Shown: one piece after another, positions 7,045 to 14,813 of the stretch
Numbering within the stretch: the first letter of the stretch is position 1
Layout: every line of letters starts with the position of its first letter
IMG/VR virus record: IMGVR_UViG_3300009417_000002
Location: 1 to 36,839 of that record
Direction: 5' to 3' (one strand)
Origin: a virus
Length of the DNA: 36,839 nucleotides
Made by a program: the position numbers and the translations under genes
Notes under the pieces: generated by a model
Told to the model about the DNA's origin: nothing
Databases searched by the model: none
What the model saw: the letters and a program-made list of their open reading frames with translations, nothing else

Positions 7045-7497
7045 ATGAACACAAAAAAAGAACTTAAATTAAACCTAAGCCATTTAAACAATGATGCTTT
7101 TAAAATTGTTGATGCTGAACTTAATTCTTTAAAAGAATTAGTTTTTGTATTTAGTGATAAAAGTTTAGATTGGAAGAACTGGCAAACTATAGCGGTTTAC
7201 AACTTAGCAAACTCTATATCGTTAAAAACTGAAAATACTAATAATGATTTTTATATTGATAAATTAGAATTAGAAGAATTTAGATTAAACTATACAGAAG
7301 AAGAAATTAGTTTTGCTGTATGGGATTTATACCAGAACTGGGCGTTAGATACTTTAAAAGAAAGTGCTAATGAATTAGATTTAGATTATCATTATGACGG
7401 TTCAGAATTACCTTCTGTATTAAAAGTTCTTAAATCACTTGACGGAAATGATGAGCAATATTTATTAAATACTTTAGATGGGGCTTTAAATGACTAA
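7045..7497 (+). CDS. Highly acidic 150-aa early protein (function unknown)
   Basis: First gene after the operator, with AAGGA upstream. By hand count it has 29 D+E against about 13 K+R. Confidence 0.7.
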   Translation: MNTKKELKLNLSHLNNDAFKIVDAELNSLKELVFVFSDKSLDWKNWQTIAVYNLANSISLKTENTNNDFYIDKLELEEFRLNYTEEEISFAVWDLYQNWALDTLKESANELDLDYHYDGSELPSVLKVLKSLDGNDEQYLLNTLDGALND

Positions 7498-7657
7498 TAG
7501 AATATTTACAGAAAAAGAAAGACTGGAAATAATTGCAAGGAATCGTTCGGTTCCTTCCAGAAGAATAGCAACTACATTTTTAATTAAAGATGTTAATAAG
7601 CTAATTCGCAAACAAAATCGAAGAAACTTAATTAAAAAATTAAAGTTTTGGAACTAA
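7490..7657 (+). CDS. 55-aa basic HTH-like protein, below the ORF-track cutoff
   Basis: Hand translation gives MTNRIFTEKERLEIIARNRSVPSRRIATTFLIKDVNKLIRKQNRRNLIKKLKFWN. The ATG overlaps the end of the upstream gene. The pattern resembles small transposase-type or Aca-type HTH proteins. Confidence 0.45.
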   Translation: MTNRIFTEKERLEIIARNRSVPSRRIATTFLIKDVNKLIRKQNRRNLIKKLKFWN

Positions 7658-7670
7658 ATAAAATTAAACT

Positions 7671-7729
7671 CTTTACATTTGTATCAATTAAAGATACAAA
7701 TGTATTTATAAATTATTAAGGACTATATT
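7671..7729 (+). promoter_or_regulatory. Promoter/operator/leader cassette, copy A
   Basis: CTTTACATTTGTATC, a 7-nt spacer, then GATACAAATGTA (12-bp perfect inverted repeat), followed by the leader TTTATAAATTATTAAGGACTATATT. The 40 nt up to and including the ATG are identical to 12557..12596. Confidence 0.6.
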
Positions 7730-8431
7730 ATGAAATTATATGAAATAACCCAAGAAATCTGGGAAATAACAAAAAACTACCAGTGGGACGAAAAGGGAAA
7801 CACTATTAACCCAGAAACTGGGGAAGTAGATATCAAGTTAAAAGATCAATTGTTTTCTGAACTATCTGAATTAAAGATTGATTTAGATGATAAAGTTGAA
7901 TCTATTTATAAATGGATTAGAAATCTGGAATCAGAAGCTAAAATGATTAAAGAAGAAAAAGATAGATTAGCAAAAGCTGAAAAGATTAGAAATAATAAAA
8001 TCCAATCAATGAAAAACTATCTGGCTATGAACATTAAAAAAGGTTGGAATATTTCAACTTCAATTGGAACTGTTTATACAAAAACAACTGAATCGGTTCA
8101 GCTGATAAATGAAGAAGCTATTCCAGAACAATTTGTTACTGTTAGAACTGAAAGAAAAATTAGCAAAAAGGATTTAAAGCCATATTTAAAATTAGCAATG
8201 TTAATTGAAAATAAAGAACATTTGGAAGGGGAACTGGAAGACTGGAAGCAAGGGGCTAAAGATTCAACTAATGAAATGATTGAAAAAACAATTAAGGATT
8301 TAGAAGCTGAACTGGAAGAAGTAAATAAATCTTATTTAACTTATTCAGAAGAAGAAGTTTTAATTGCTATCAATTTGCAAAGAACAAATTCAGCATATTT
8401 AAGATCAAACAGAAGCGTAAGCATTAAATAA
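7730..8431 (+). CDS. Siphovirus Gp157-like protein
   Basis: 233 aa. The N-terminus MKLYEITQEI and the coiled-coil core (NLESEAKMIKEEKDRLAKAEKIRNNKIQSMKNYL) fit the Gp157 family pattern. It sits next to DUF1351-like and RecT genes, as in many siphophage recombination modules. Confidence 0.55.
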   Translation: MKLYEITQEIWEITKNYQWDEKGNTINPETGEVDIKLKDQLFSELSELKIDLDDKVESIYKWIRNLESEAKMIKEEKDRLAKAEKIRNNKIQSMKNYLAMNIKKGWNISTSIGTVYTKTTESVQLINEEAIPEQFVTVRTERKISKKDLKPYLKLAMLIENKEHLEGELEDWKQGAKDSTNEMIEKTIKDLEAELEEVNKSYLTYSEEEVLIAINLQRTNSAYLRSNRSVSIK

Positions 8432-8440
8432 AGGTATATT

Positions 8441-9358
8441 ATGACAAAAGAAAATAAAGAAGTATTAGTAAAAAAAGATTCAACTTTTGAAGGTTTAATT
8501 ACCTTTGAAACTACACTAGAAAAAATCAACAAATTAAAAGAAGAAGGTTTGAGCATAGAAGTTTCTGATTTTAATGATATTGAAAACTATAAGAAAGCTA
8601 AAGATTTTAAAAAAGATTTAACTTCATTAAGGGTTTCAATAGAAAAAAGGCGTAAAGAATTAAAAAAAGACGCTTTGGAATATGGGCGTCTGGTTGATAA
8701 AAAAGCTAAAGGATTATCTAATCCAGTTGTAGAAGCTGAAAGGCATTTGGCTGAACAGATTTTAAAAGTAGATGCTGAAAAAACAAGAATTGAGCAAGAG
8801 AAGTTACGCCAGAAGCAAGAAGCTGAACAAAAAGCCCAACGCATTTATGCTGATAGAATTAAGGAATTAACTCAACTGGGTTATCAGTTTGACATTGTAG
8901 CCCTAAAAGAAGTTTCTGATGATGATTATACTGTAATGCTTTCAGAAGCTAAAGTTCAATTTGAAGAAGTTGAAAAACAGCGTAAAGAAGAAGCTAAACT
9001 AGAAGCCGAAGAAAAAGCTAAAAGAGAAGCTGAACTGGAAGAACAGCGTAAAATTAACGCTGAAAAGGAAGCTGAACTGGAAGAAACCAGAAAAAAGAAC
9101 GCTAAACTGGAATATGAAAAGCAAGTTAAACTGGAAGCTGAAAGAAAAGAAGCTGAATTAAAAGCTGAAAAAGATAGATTAGAAAAAGCTGAAAAAGAAA
9201 AGCAAGAAGCGGAAGCGTTGAAAAAAACCCGTTCTGCTACTTATAGAAAAAAAGTTTCAAAGTATATAAAAACTAGATTTGATACGCTTGAAAAAGCACA
9301 AGAAGAACTGGTTGATTTATATTTTGAAAATCAAATTAATGTTGAAGAATCATTTTAA
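8441..9358 (+). CDS. DUF1351-like coiled-coil protein
   Basis: 305 aa. It has an N-terminal segment with KKAKDFKKDLTSLRVSIEKRRKELKK and a long E/K-rich coiled coil. Its position after a Gp157-like gene supports the call. Confidence 0.45.
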   Translation: MTKENKEVLVKKDSTFEGLITFETTLEKINKLKEEGLSIEVSDFNDIENYKKAKDFKKDLTSLRVSIEKRRKELKKDALEYGRLVDKKAKGLSNPVVEAERHLAEQILKVDAEKTRIEQEKLRQKQEAEQKAQRIYADRIKELTQLGYQFDIVALKEVSDDDYTVMLSEAKVQFEEVEKQRKEEAKLEAEEKAKREAELEEQRKINAEKEAELEETRKKNAKLEYEKQVKLEAERKEAELKAEKDRLEKAEKEKQEAEALKKTRSATYRKKVSKYIKTRFDTLEKAQEELVDLYFENQINVEESF

Positions 9359-9372
9359 TTAAAAGGGAAATT

Positions 9373-9648
9373 ATGACAGAAGAAGTAAGAACAATGACAA
9401 TTAAAGAAGTAAAAACTTTAAGGGTTGCAATTAGTAAAATAGAACAAGAATTAATTTGTTCAAGTAGAGAAACAAGTCTTAGTAAGACTAAATTACAAGA
9501 AGCTAAAATGTGGTTAGGTATGGAATTATCTAGATTAGGGGCATTAAACCCATATCCAGAATCATACAATCCAGAAAATGATAAGGTTGAACCAACTGCT
9601 GATGTTTATAATCCAGAACCAGTTGAAACTAATAATTCTGAATTTTAA
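9373..9648 (+). CDS. Hypothetical early protein
   Basis: 91-aa ORF with AAGGGA upstream. No function recognised. Confidence 0.55.
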   Translation: MTEEVRTMTIKEVKTLRVAISKIEQELICSSRETSLSKTKLQEAKMWLGMELSRLGALNPYPESYNPENDKVEPTADVYNPEPVETNNSEF

Positions 9649-9650
9649 CT

Positions 9651-9884
9651 ATGAATAATCTAGATAAAAAAGTAATGCAAATTCTAGAAAAGAACGGTTT
9701 AACTATTGGTATTTCACTGATAGTTACCGTTTTTATACCTATATTGATATTTATGATCTTACAGTTAAATAAAGAACTTGGAAAACTGGATCAGATAAGG
9801 TTTCAAAAGTATCAAGAAATGATTAACACTTGTAATGCTGATCCAGAACTTTATCAATGCAAACTGTATTTTAAGAATAATTAA
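9651..9884 (+). CDS. Small single-pass membrane protein
   Basis: 77 aa with the hydrophobic stretch LTIGISLIVTVFIPILIFMILQL. Confidence 0.5.
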   Translation: MNNLDKKVMQILEKNGLTIGISLIVTVFIPILIFMILQLNKELGKLDQIRFQKYQEMINTCNADPELYQCKLYFKNN

Positions 9885-9897
9885 TAAAAAGGAAATT

Positions 9898-10161
9898 ATG
9901 TCAAGAGAAGATATTTACGATTCAATTCAAGAAGCAATTGTGGAAATGGTTAAAGATAGTTTATCAAGTCATTTTGATTTAAAGGAAGTTATAGAAAAAG
10001 AAGTAAGTAAGTTAGTTTCTAACTTAATTTCTGAATTTATTGCAACAGACGGATCAGTAAGGCTTAATATTCAACAAATAATAAAAGAAACATTTGATGA
10101 AAATGGTTTGGACGAACTAATCGCTGACACTGTTAATAATATGAAAGTTCGGGGTCTTTAA
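9898..10161 (+). CDS. Hypothetical acidic early protein (start moved to ATG 9898)
   Basis: The track ORF begins at 9835, but AAAGGAAATT-ATG at 9898 has an SD-like motif and avoids overlapping the upstream gene. Confidence 0.5.
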   Translation: MSREDIYDSIQEAIVEMVKDSLSSHFDLKEVIEKEVSKLVSNLISEFIATDGSVRLNIQQIIKETFDENGLDELIADTVNNMKVRGL

Positions 10162-10383
10162 ATGACAACGGATAAAAAGAAAATATTAAATTTACTATTG
10201 AGTTTAAAGGTTATAGATAAGAATTTGAAAATGGATTATAAATTTCCAAAAGATAGTTCTTTAACTAAAGCAAAAGTAATTGCTAATCTAAAAGAAGCCA
10301 GATTAAATGTTAAATCTAAATTAAAATATCTAAGAGTTTCAGAAGCGGATCAAGAAAAACAAATTAAAACACTAAAGGTTTAA
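10162..10383 (+). CDS. Hypothetical early protein
   Basis: 73 aa. There is a TAAATG junction with the upstream gene. Confidence 0.5.
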   Translation: MTTDKKKILNLLLSLKVIDKNLKMDYKFPKDSSLTKAKVIANLKEARLNVKSKLKYLRVSEADQEKQIKTLKV

Positions 10384-10384
10384 T

Positions 10385-10762
10385 ATGAAAAAACTAAATA
10401 AAAGATTAGCTGAATTAGTTTGTAAGATTCTATTAAAACACCCAGAAGCAAGGGATTCAGATCAAAAGTTATACGCTTATGTTTTAGCTTACAATCAAAG
10501 AATAGATCCAGAAGCAACATATACTGGGGCTGAAATATTAAAAGCGGTATCTAAAGAATTTGATAATTTTGAATCAATGCGTCGTTCTAGATGTAAAATG
10601 CAATCAGAAGGGTTTATATTATCTAAGCCTTTTAAACATAGTAGCGGGGTTGTTTATAAAGGTTTGATAGTTCCAAGTCTATTATGGGGCAACCGTAGAA
10701 GAAAACTAGAAGACGCTAAACAGTTTAAAGAAAATTTACTGGAAGGAAATCTTTATGAATAA
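10385..10762 (+). CDS. Hypothetical early protein
   Basis: 125 aa with AAGG upstream. No function recognised. Confidence 0.55.
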   Translation: MKKLNKRLAELVCKILLKHPEARDSDQKLYAYVLAYNQRIDPEATYTGAEILKAVSKEFDNFESMRRSRCKMQSEGFILSKPFKHSSGVVYKGLIVPSLLWGNRRRKLEDAKQFKENLLEGNLYE

Positions 10763-10973
10763 AAAAATAACAAACTTAACAGTTGAACAAGTTGATGTAA
10801 TAATTAACTGTTTAAACTTCGCAAAAGAAAATGGGGATAGTCTGGATAATTGTTTAAATGAAATAATCCAGATATTTAAAAATAATTTTTACGAACCTAA
10901 AAAAACTACTAAAGAATTATCAGATCAAGAATTAATACCTAAAGAAAAAAAATGTTTGGAAATGTTAGATTAA
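10755..10973 (+). CDS. Hypothetical early protein
   Basis: 72 aa with GGAAGGAA upstream. It overlaps the upstream gene by 8 nt. Confidence 0.5.
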   Translation: MNKKITNLTVEQVDVIINCLNFAKENGDSLDNCLNEIIQIFKNNFYEPKKTTKELSDQELIPKEKKCLEMLD

Positions 10974-10991
10974 ATCAGATAGTGTAAGAAT

Positions 10992-11300
10992 ATGAAAATA
11001 GAATTAAGAATAAACGGTAAAAAACACTTCCAAATGAAAAGTAAAGACGGATCGGTTCCCGATTTAATTAGGGTTCCAGTAGTTTATAAAGCGGGCAAAA
11101 GTGATTTTATATTTGCTTTTAACTCAACTTCCAGTACAAAAAAACTGGCGGTATATGATTTTTTTGATTTTGAAATTACTTCTGCTGACTTTTTCACTAG
11201 ATTACAACACTTTGCAAAAAATTCTAATAACTGGAAGATAATCAAACAATTGCATATTCAAGTTAAAAAATTAAAAAAAGAAAAATTATTAAATAAATAA
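10992..11300 (+). CDS. Hypothetical early protein
   Basis: 102-aa ORF. No function recognised. Confidence 0.5.
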   Translation: MKIELRINGKKHFQMKSKDGSVPDLIRVPVVYKAGKSDFIFAFNSTSSTKKLAVYDFFDFEITSADFFTRLQHFAKNSNNWKIIKQLHIQVKKLKKEKLLNK

Positions 11301-11380
11301 TCTTTTTTGAAACCTTAATAATTTACTGGCATCAAAGTAAGTAAATAAAGACAATGATGTCTATTTTATTAAGGTAAAAA

Positions 11381-11680
11381 ATGAAAACAACAATAATTAA
11401 ATTAACAACAATAGGATTAATCCTTTCACTTTCAGCTTGTACTTCACAAGTTGGTCAAGGTATGTTCAGCAAGGAAGCGGGAAGAATACAAATTTCTGCT
11501 GATGCACAAGGTATGGACGCATTTTGGGACGGTGTTCAAGGTGCAATTACTAATGGAAAAGCCAGTCCAGATATAGAAACAGATTGGTATAGTACCAGAA
11601 GAAGTAAAATACAAGCCAGATTTAGTAGGTTTGGGCAATCTGCCAGAAGTAAAGCACAACAACCGCAATCAAGAAAATAA
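11381..11680 (+). CDS. Lipoprotein
   Basis: 99 aa. It has a signal peptide with the canonical lipobox LSAC (MKTTIIKLTTIGLILSLSAC), and AAGG upstream. Confidence 0.65.
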   Translation: MKTTIIKLTTIGLILSLSACTSQVGQGMFSKEAGRIQISADAQGMDAFWDGVQGAITNGKASPDIETDWYSTRRSKIQARFSRFGQSARSKAQQPQSRK

Positions 11681-11745
11681 TTAACAAGAAGTTGGATCAA
11701 ATGAAGTGGGTTTGTTTGGTTCAGCTTCCTATTTAGGATAATAAA

Positions 11746-11859
11746 ATGAAATCAATATTTAATAAAATAACAACTTTTTTTGCCAGTATCGGGGTTTTCT
11801 TACTCGCTGATACAGTTGGCATAATTGAAACGCTTAGGTTTTTAGTAATGGGGGCTTAA
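11746..11859 (+). CDS. 37-aa hydrophobic micro-peptide (candidate)
   Basis: Sequence MKSIFNKITTFFASIGVFLLADTVGIIETLRFLVMGA. TAGGA lies 8 nt upstream. Confidence 0.35.
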   Translation: MKSIFNKITTFFASIGVFLLADTVGIIETLRFLVMGA

Positions 11860-11949
11860 ATGGAAATTGTAAATCTTACAAGTTTTGGATTGTATGAAAT
11901 TGGGGCTATGGTTTTGGGGGGTTGTCTGGTTCTATGTTCTCAATTATAA
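11860..11949 (+). CDS. 29-aa hydrophobic micro-peptide (candidate)
   Basis: Sequence MEIVNLTSFGLYEIGAMVLGGCLVLCSQL. There is a TAAATG junction with the previous ORF, and GGGGG lies 5 nt upstream. It contains a TGTAA-N3-TTACA palindrome at 11868..11880, so this stretch may instead be regulatory DNA. Confidence 0.3.
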   Translation: MEIVNLTSFGLYEIGAMVLGGCLVLCSQL

Positions 11950-11962
11950 TACAAATGTAAAG
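11949..11962 (-). promoter_or_regulatory. Reverse-oriented copy of the CTTTACATTTGTAT box
   Basis: The plus strand reads ATACAAATGTAAAG, the exact reverse complement of the 14-nt box. Confidence 0.4.
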
Positions 11963-11971
11963 AAAAAGGAT

Positions 11972-11998
11972 ACTGATAAGAAGTGGGTTCTTATCAGT
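11972..11998 (+). terminator. Stem-loop (11-bp perfect stem, 5-nt loop), candidate terminator
   Basis: ACTGATAAGAA-gtggg-TTCTTATCAGT, followed by only a short T run and then an A-rich tract. Confidence 0.45.
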
Positions 11999-12029
11999 TT
12001 AAAAATAAAAAAATAAAAAAAACAATAAT

Positions 12030-12530
12030 ATGAATAAAATAATAATAATAATAATCACATCAATATTTGCTTCTAATTTTAGCATAATGCACGCCCAGTC
12101 GCAATGGAATAAAAACTACTCTAAAGAATATATAGATAAATTAATATTCCAATTGTCGCCTAAATACGGAATACCTTCTGAAATATTTAGGGCTTTAGTT
12201 TTTACTGAATCCAGATATAAACCAGAAGCTGAAAGGTTTGAAGCTAAACTGTTTAAGAAAATGCAATTGAAAGCTAACTGGAAGGAAAAGAATTTAGCTA
12301 CTAGCTATGGATTAACGCAAGTAATTTATGGGTTTCATAAAGACAAGTGTAATTTAAAATCACATAGGCAATTATTAATTCCCAGAACCAGTATTAAATG
12401 CGGTTTGATAGTATTAAGAAATTGCTATGATAGATTTAAAACTTTAGATGGTGCATTGGGTTGCTACAACGGGGATCGCAAATTATATCCAAAAAGAGTT
12501 AAAGGAAATTTATATAGAAATATAAATTAA
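12030..12530 (+). CDS. Lytic transglycosylase (SLT domain) with N-terminal signal/anchor sequence
   Basis: 166 aa with a hydrophobic N-terminus (MNKIIIIIITSIFASNFSIMHA). It carries the catalytic TES motif (LVFTESRYKPEAERFE), then SYGLTQV and GCYNG, matching family-1 SLT signatures. Confidence 0.75.
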   Translation: MNKIIIIIITSIFASNFSIMHAQSQWNKNYSKEYIDKLIFQLSPKYGIPSEIFRALVFTESRYKPEAERFEAKLFKKMQLKANWKEKNLATSYGLTQVIYGFHKDKCNLKSHRQLLIPRTSIKCGLIVLRNCYDRFKTLDGALGCYNGDRKLYPKRVKGNLYRNIN

Positions 12531-12533
12531 GGT

Positions 12534-12593
12534 CTTTACATTTGTATTGCGTCTGTGATACAAATGTATTTATAAATTATTAAGGACTATATT
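12534..12593 (+). promoter_or_regulatory. Promoter/operator/leader cassette, copy B
   Basis: CTTTACATTTGTAT, a 9-nt spacer, then GATACAAATGTA plus the same leader as copy A. The stretch 12557..12596 is identical to 7693..7732. Confidence 0.6.
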
Positions 12594-13601
12594 ATGACAA
12601 ATGAAATAATGACAACTTCAACTGGTGGATTAGATTTTACCAGTAAAGATATGATTAAAACACTAAAGCAAACAGTTGCTGTTGGAACTAATGACGCTGA
12701 ATTTGCAATGTTCAGTGAAGTTTGCAAGGCTTCTGGATTAAATCCATTTTTGAAGCAAATCTGGTGTATCGTAACGGGAAAAGATAGCTATAGAAAAGTT
12801 CAAATTATGACTGGAATAGATGGTTTCTATGAAATAGCAAATCGCCACCCACAATATGACGGATCTGAAATTATACTATCAGAAGAAATAATTGAAATTC
12901 CTATTAAAATAACTAAATGGGAAAACGGATCATCAACTTATGTAGATCATATTGTTGAAGCCCCAGTTTCAGCAACTTGTAAAGTTTACAGAAAAGATAG
13001 AAAAATGCCTACTTCAATAACTGTATATTGGAAGGAATACGCCCAAGATTTAGTTTCTTCAAAAGGTAAACTTATGATTTGGGGGCGTATGCCTAGAGTA
13101 TTACTTTCAAAGTGTGCTGAATCAACTGCTTTAAGAAAAGCATTTCCACAACAAATGAGCGGTATTTATACACAAGAAGAAATGCCAGAAGGTTCAATTC
13201 GTAATGTAAAACAAAATGAGCCAGATATTGATGTTGAGCCTATTAATTATGATTTAACTGGTTGTGAAAACATAATGCCAGAAGAAGCATATTTGAATAT
13301 GAAAAAGTTTCTTGAAGAAAACCAATGTAGCTTGATTAGAAAAGGCGGAAAGCTGATAGCTTCTTGCCCAGTTCCGCTTTTAAAAATAGAATCAACTGTA
13401 AATAAGTATAACAAATTGCATCAAACTGCTTTAAAAAATGAAATGGAAGCGGAAGCTGAAATAGTTCCAGAAGCGGAAGCGGAAGCTGAAACACAAGGTA
13501 TTCCAAACCCAGAAGTTGAAGTTAAGCTAGAAACTGCTGATTCCCTAGAAGAAAAAAAACTAGAAGAAGAAGAATTAGTAGCTAAAGATTTTCAAGATTG
13601 A
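12594..13601 (+). CDS. recT: RecT/Redbeta-family single-strand annealing protein
   Basis: 335 aa carrying GLNPFLKQIWCI...VQIMTGIDGFYEIANRHPQYDGSEI, characteristic of RecT-type recombinases. The C-terminal tail is acidic. Confidence 0.8.
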   Translation: MTNEIMTTSTGGLDFTSKDMIKTLKQTVAVGTNDAEFAMFSEVCKASGLNPFLKQIWCIVTGKDSYRKVQIMTGIDGFYEIANRHPQYDGSEIILSEEIIEIPIKITKWENGSSTYVDHIVEAPVSATCKVYRKDRKMPTSITVYWKEYAQDLVSSKGKLMIWGRMPRVLLSKCAESTALRKAFPQQMSGIYTQEEMPEGSIRNVKQNEPDIDVEPINYDLTGCENIMPEEAYLNMKKFLEENQCSLIRKGGKLIASCPVPLLKIESTVNKYNKLHQTALKNEMEAEAEIVPEAEAEAETQGIPNPEVEVKLETADSLEEKKLEEEELVAKDFQD

Positions 13602-13676
13602 TATGTCCTTGATACTTGATTGTGTCGTTGCCAGTAAGACAAAAAATAACTGGCTAATTCAATAAAAGGTAAGTAA

Positions 13677-13913
13677 ATGATAAAAAAAGATAAGTTAAAA
13701 CTAAATTTAAAGGTATATTTAATTTATGCTAGAAAAATGCAAGTTGGTAAAATAGAAGAATTTTCACATAGACAATTCAAATCAAGAAACAAAATAGTTA
13801 AAAAGACTGAAATAAAATTAAAAAACTGTAATAAAACTTTTGACGGGGCTGAAATATTTTTAACCCAATCAGAACTTTTTGCTTATTTAAAAGAAAATGT
13901 AATAAATTTATAA
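13677..13913 (+). CDS. Hypothetical basic early protein
   Basis: 78-aa ORF with AAGG upstream. Confidence 0.5.
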   Translation: MIKKDKLKLNLKVYLIYARKMQVGKIEEFSHRQFKSRNKIVKKTEIKLKNCNKTFDGAEIFLTQSELFAYLKENVINL

Positions 13914-13922
13914 AGGTAAATT

Positions 13923-14072
13923 ATGAAAAAAATAATATTAAATACAATAATGGGCTTCTTGGTATTCTTACTAATGATTAGTTTGGTTCTTCTGGGCTTA
14001 TTTGTTAGAGTTCTTCCGTTAGTTATTGCTATAGTTGGGGCGGTCTGGATAATAAAGGCTTTTATAGTATGA
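13923..14072 (+). CDS. 49-aa two-segment hydrophobic membrane peptide, below the ORF-track cutoff
   Basis: Sequence MKKIILNTIMGFLVFLLMISLVLLGLFVRVLPLVIAIVGAVWIIKAFIV. AAGG lies upstream, and there is an ATGA overlap with the next gene. Confidence 0.45.
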   Translation: MKKIILNTIMGFLVFLLMISLVLLGLFVRVLPLVIAIVGAVWIIKAFIV

Positions 14073-14464
14073 GTTCACAAACTGAAAGTTTAACAAAATA
14101 CAAACCAGAAGGTTCAAAATCTAACAACCTTCCAGAAGAATATCTTCATAGTGCAATTCTGGAAACTATATTTATAGATTTGAAGTTTATGATTCCATTT
14201 GTTAAATGTAGCTTCTGGAAGGGAAAAACAGTAAAAATTGAGAAACTTTTAATCAATACTTCTACTTGTATATTCTGCTATAATAAAGGTTATAAAGTTG
14301 ATGAAATGAGAAACAGAAGAAATTCTTTAGTTTCTGATTTAGAAATAAAAAATCTTAATAGAATATGTAAATTTGCGGGTATTTCCACCAGTTGGTTTAT
14401 TAAGGTTTTAAGAAGTGATTTTCAAAATAAAACTGGATATGATTTATTTATTGAAGGTGTCTAA
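14069..14464 (+). CDS. Hypothetical protein, last early gene (possible C-terminal HTH)
   Basis: 131 aa. The C-terminal LNRICKFAGISTSWFIKVLR is HTH-like. The 3' end overlaps a convergent gene. Confidence 0.5.
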   Translation: MSSQTESLTKYKPEGSKSNNLPEEYLHSAILETIFIDLKFMIPFVKCSFWKGKTVKIEKLLINTSTCIFCYNKGYKVDEMRNRRNSLVSDLEIKNLNRICKFAGISTSWFIKVLRSDFQNKTGYDLFIEGV

Positions 14465-14813
14465 CCATAACTTGAAATTTAAAAAGTAGCGGACGCCCTT
14501 CTGTACACTCAACAAAAAGAATCCCTTTATATATTTTACTTTCAAAATATTCAGCATCAATTTTAAAATTAACTGTATAGTTAATAATATCAAAATCAAT
14601 TTTAAAATCATCAGTTACTAATCTGTTTCTATAAGTATCGTTCATTGTGAACTTTACATTTCCAGTTAGTTTTCTATTGCTTCTTTTATTAGATCTTATA
14701 AAATCAACTTGCCCTTCCAAGCCCGCATCTACTCGCAAATCAATGATTAATTTTTTTAGGTTACACTCGCAACCACCAACCATTTGTTTGAATTTTTTAT
14801 ATGATTTATTCAC
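14448..14813 (-). CDS. Hypothetical protein, last late gene (start uncertain: GTG 14813 or ATG 14783)
   Basis: 121-aa ORF rich in beta-strand-like sequence. Confidence 0.5.
   Translation of the reverse strand: MNKSYKKFKQMVGGCECNLKKLIIDLRVDAGLEGQVDFIRSNKRSNRKLTGNVKFTMNDTYRNRLVTDDFKIDFDIINYTVNFKIDAEYFESKIYKGILFVECTEGRPLLFKFQVMVRHLQ

Noticed and set aside
7672-7685. Reading the TTTACATTTG box as a Bacteroidota-type -7 element (TAnnTTTG), and hence calling a Bacteroidota host
   Set aside because: The box does contain TAcaTTTG. However, most genes here carry AAGG/AGGA/GGGGG Shine-Dalgarno-like motifs at proper spacing, which is not typical of Bacteroidota. The box also reads equally well as a TTTACA -35. 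The host call is left open.
9835-9897. Upstream extension of the 9898..10161 gene (track start 9835)
   Set aside because: The extension overlaps the preceding membrane-protein gene by 50 nt and has no RBS. ATG 9898 is preceded by AAAGGA at proper spacing.
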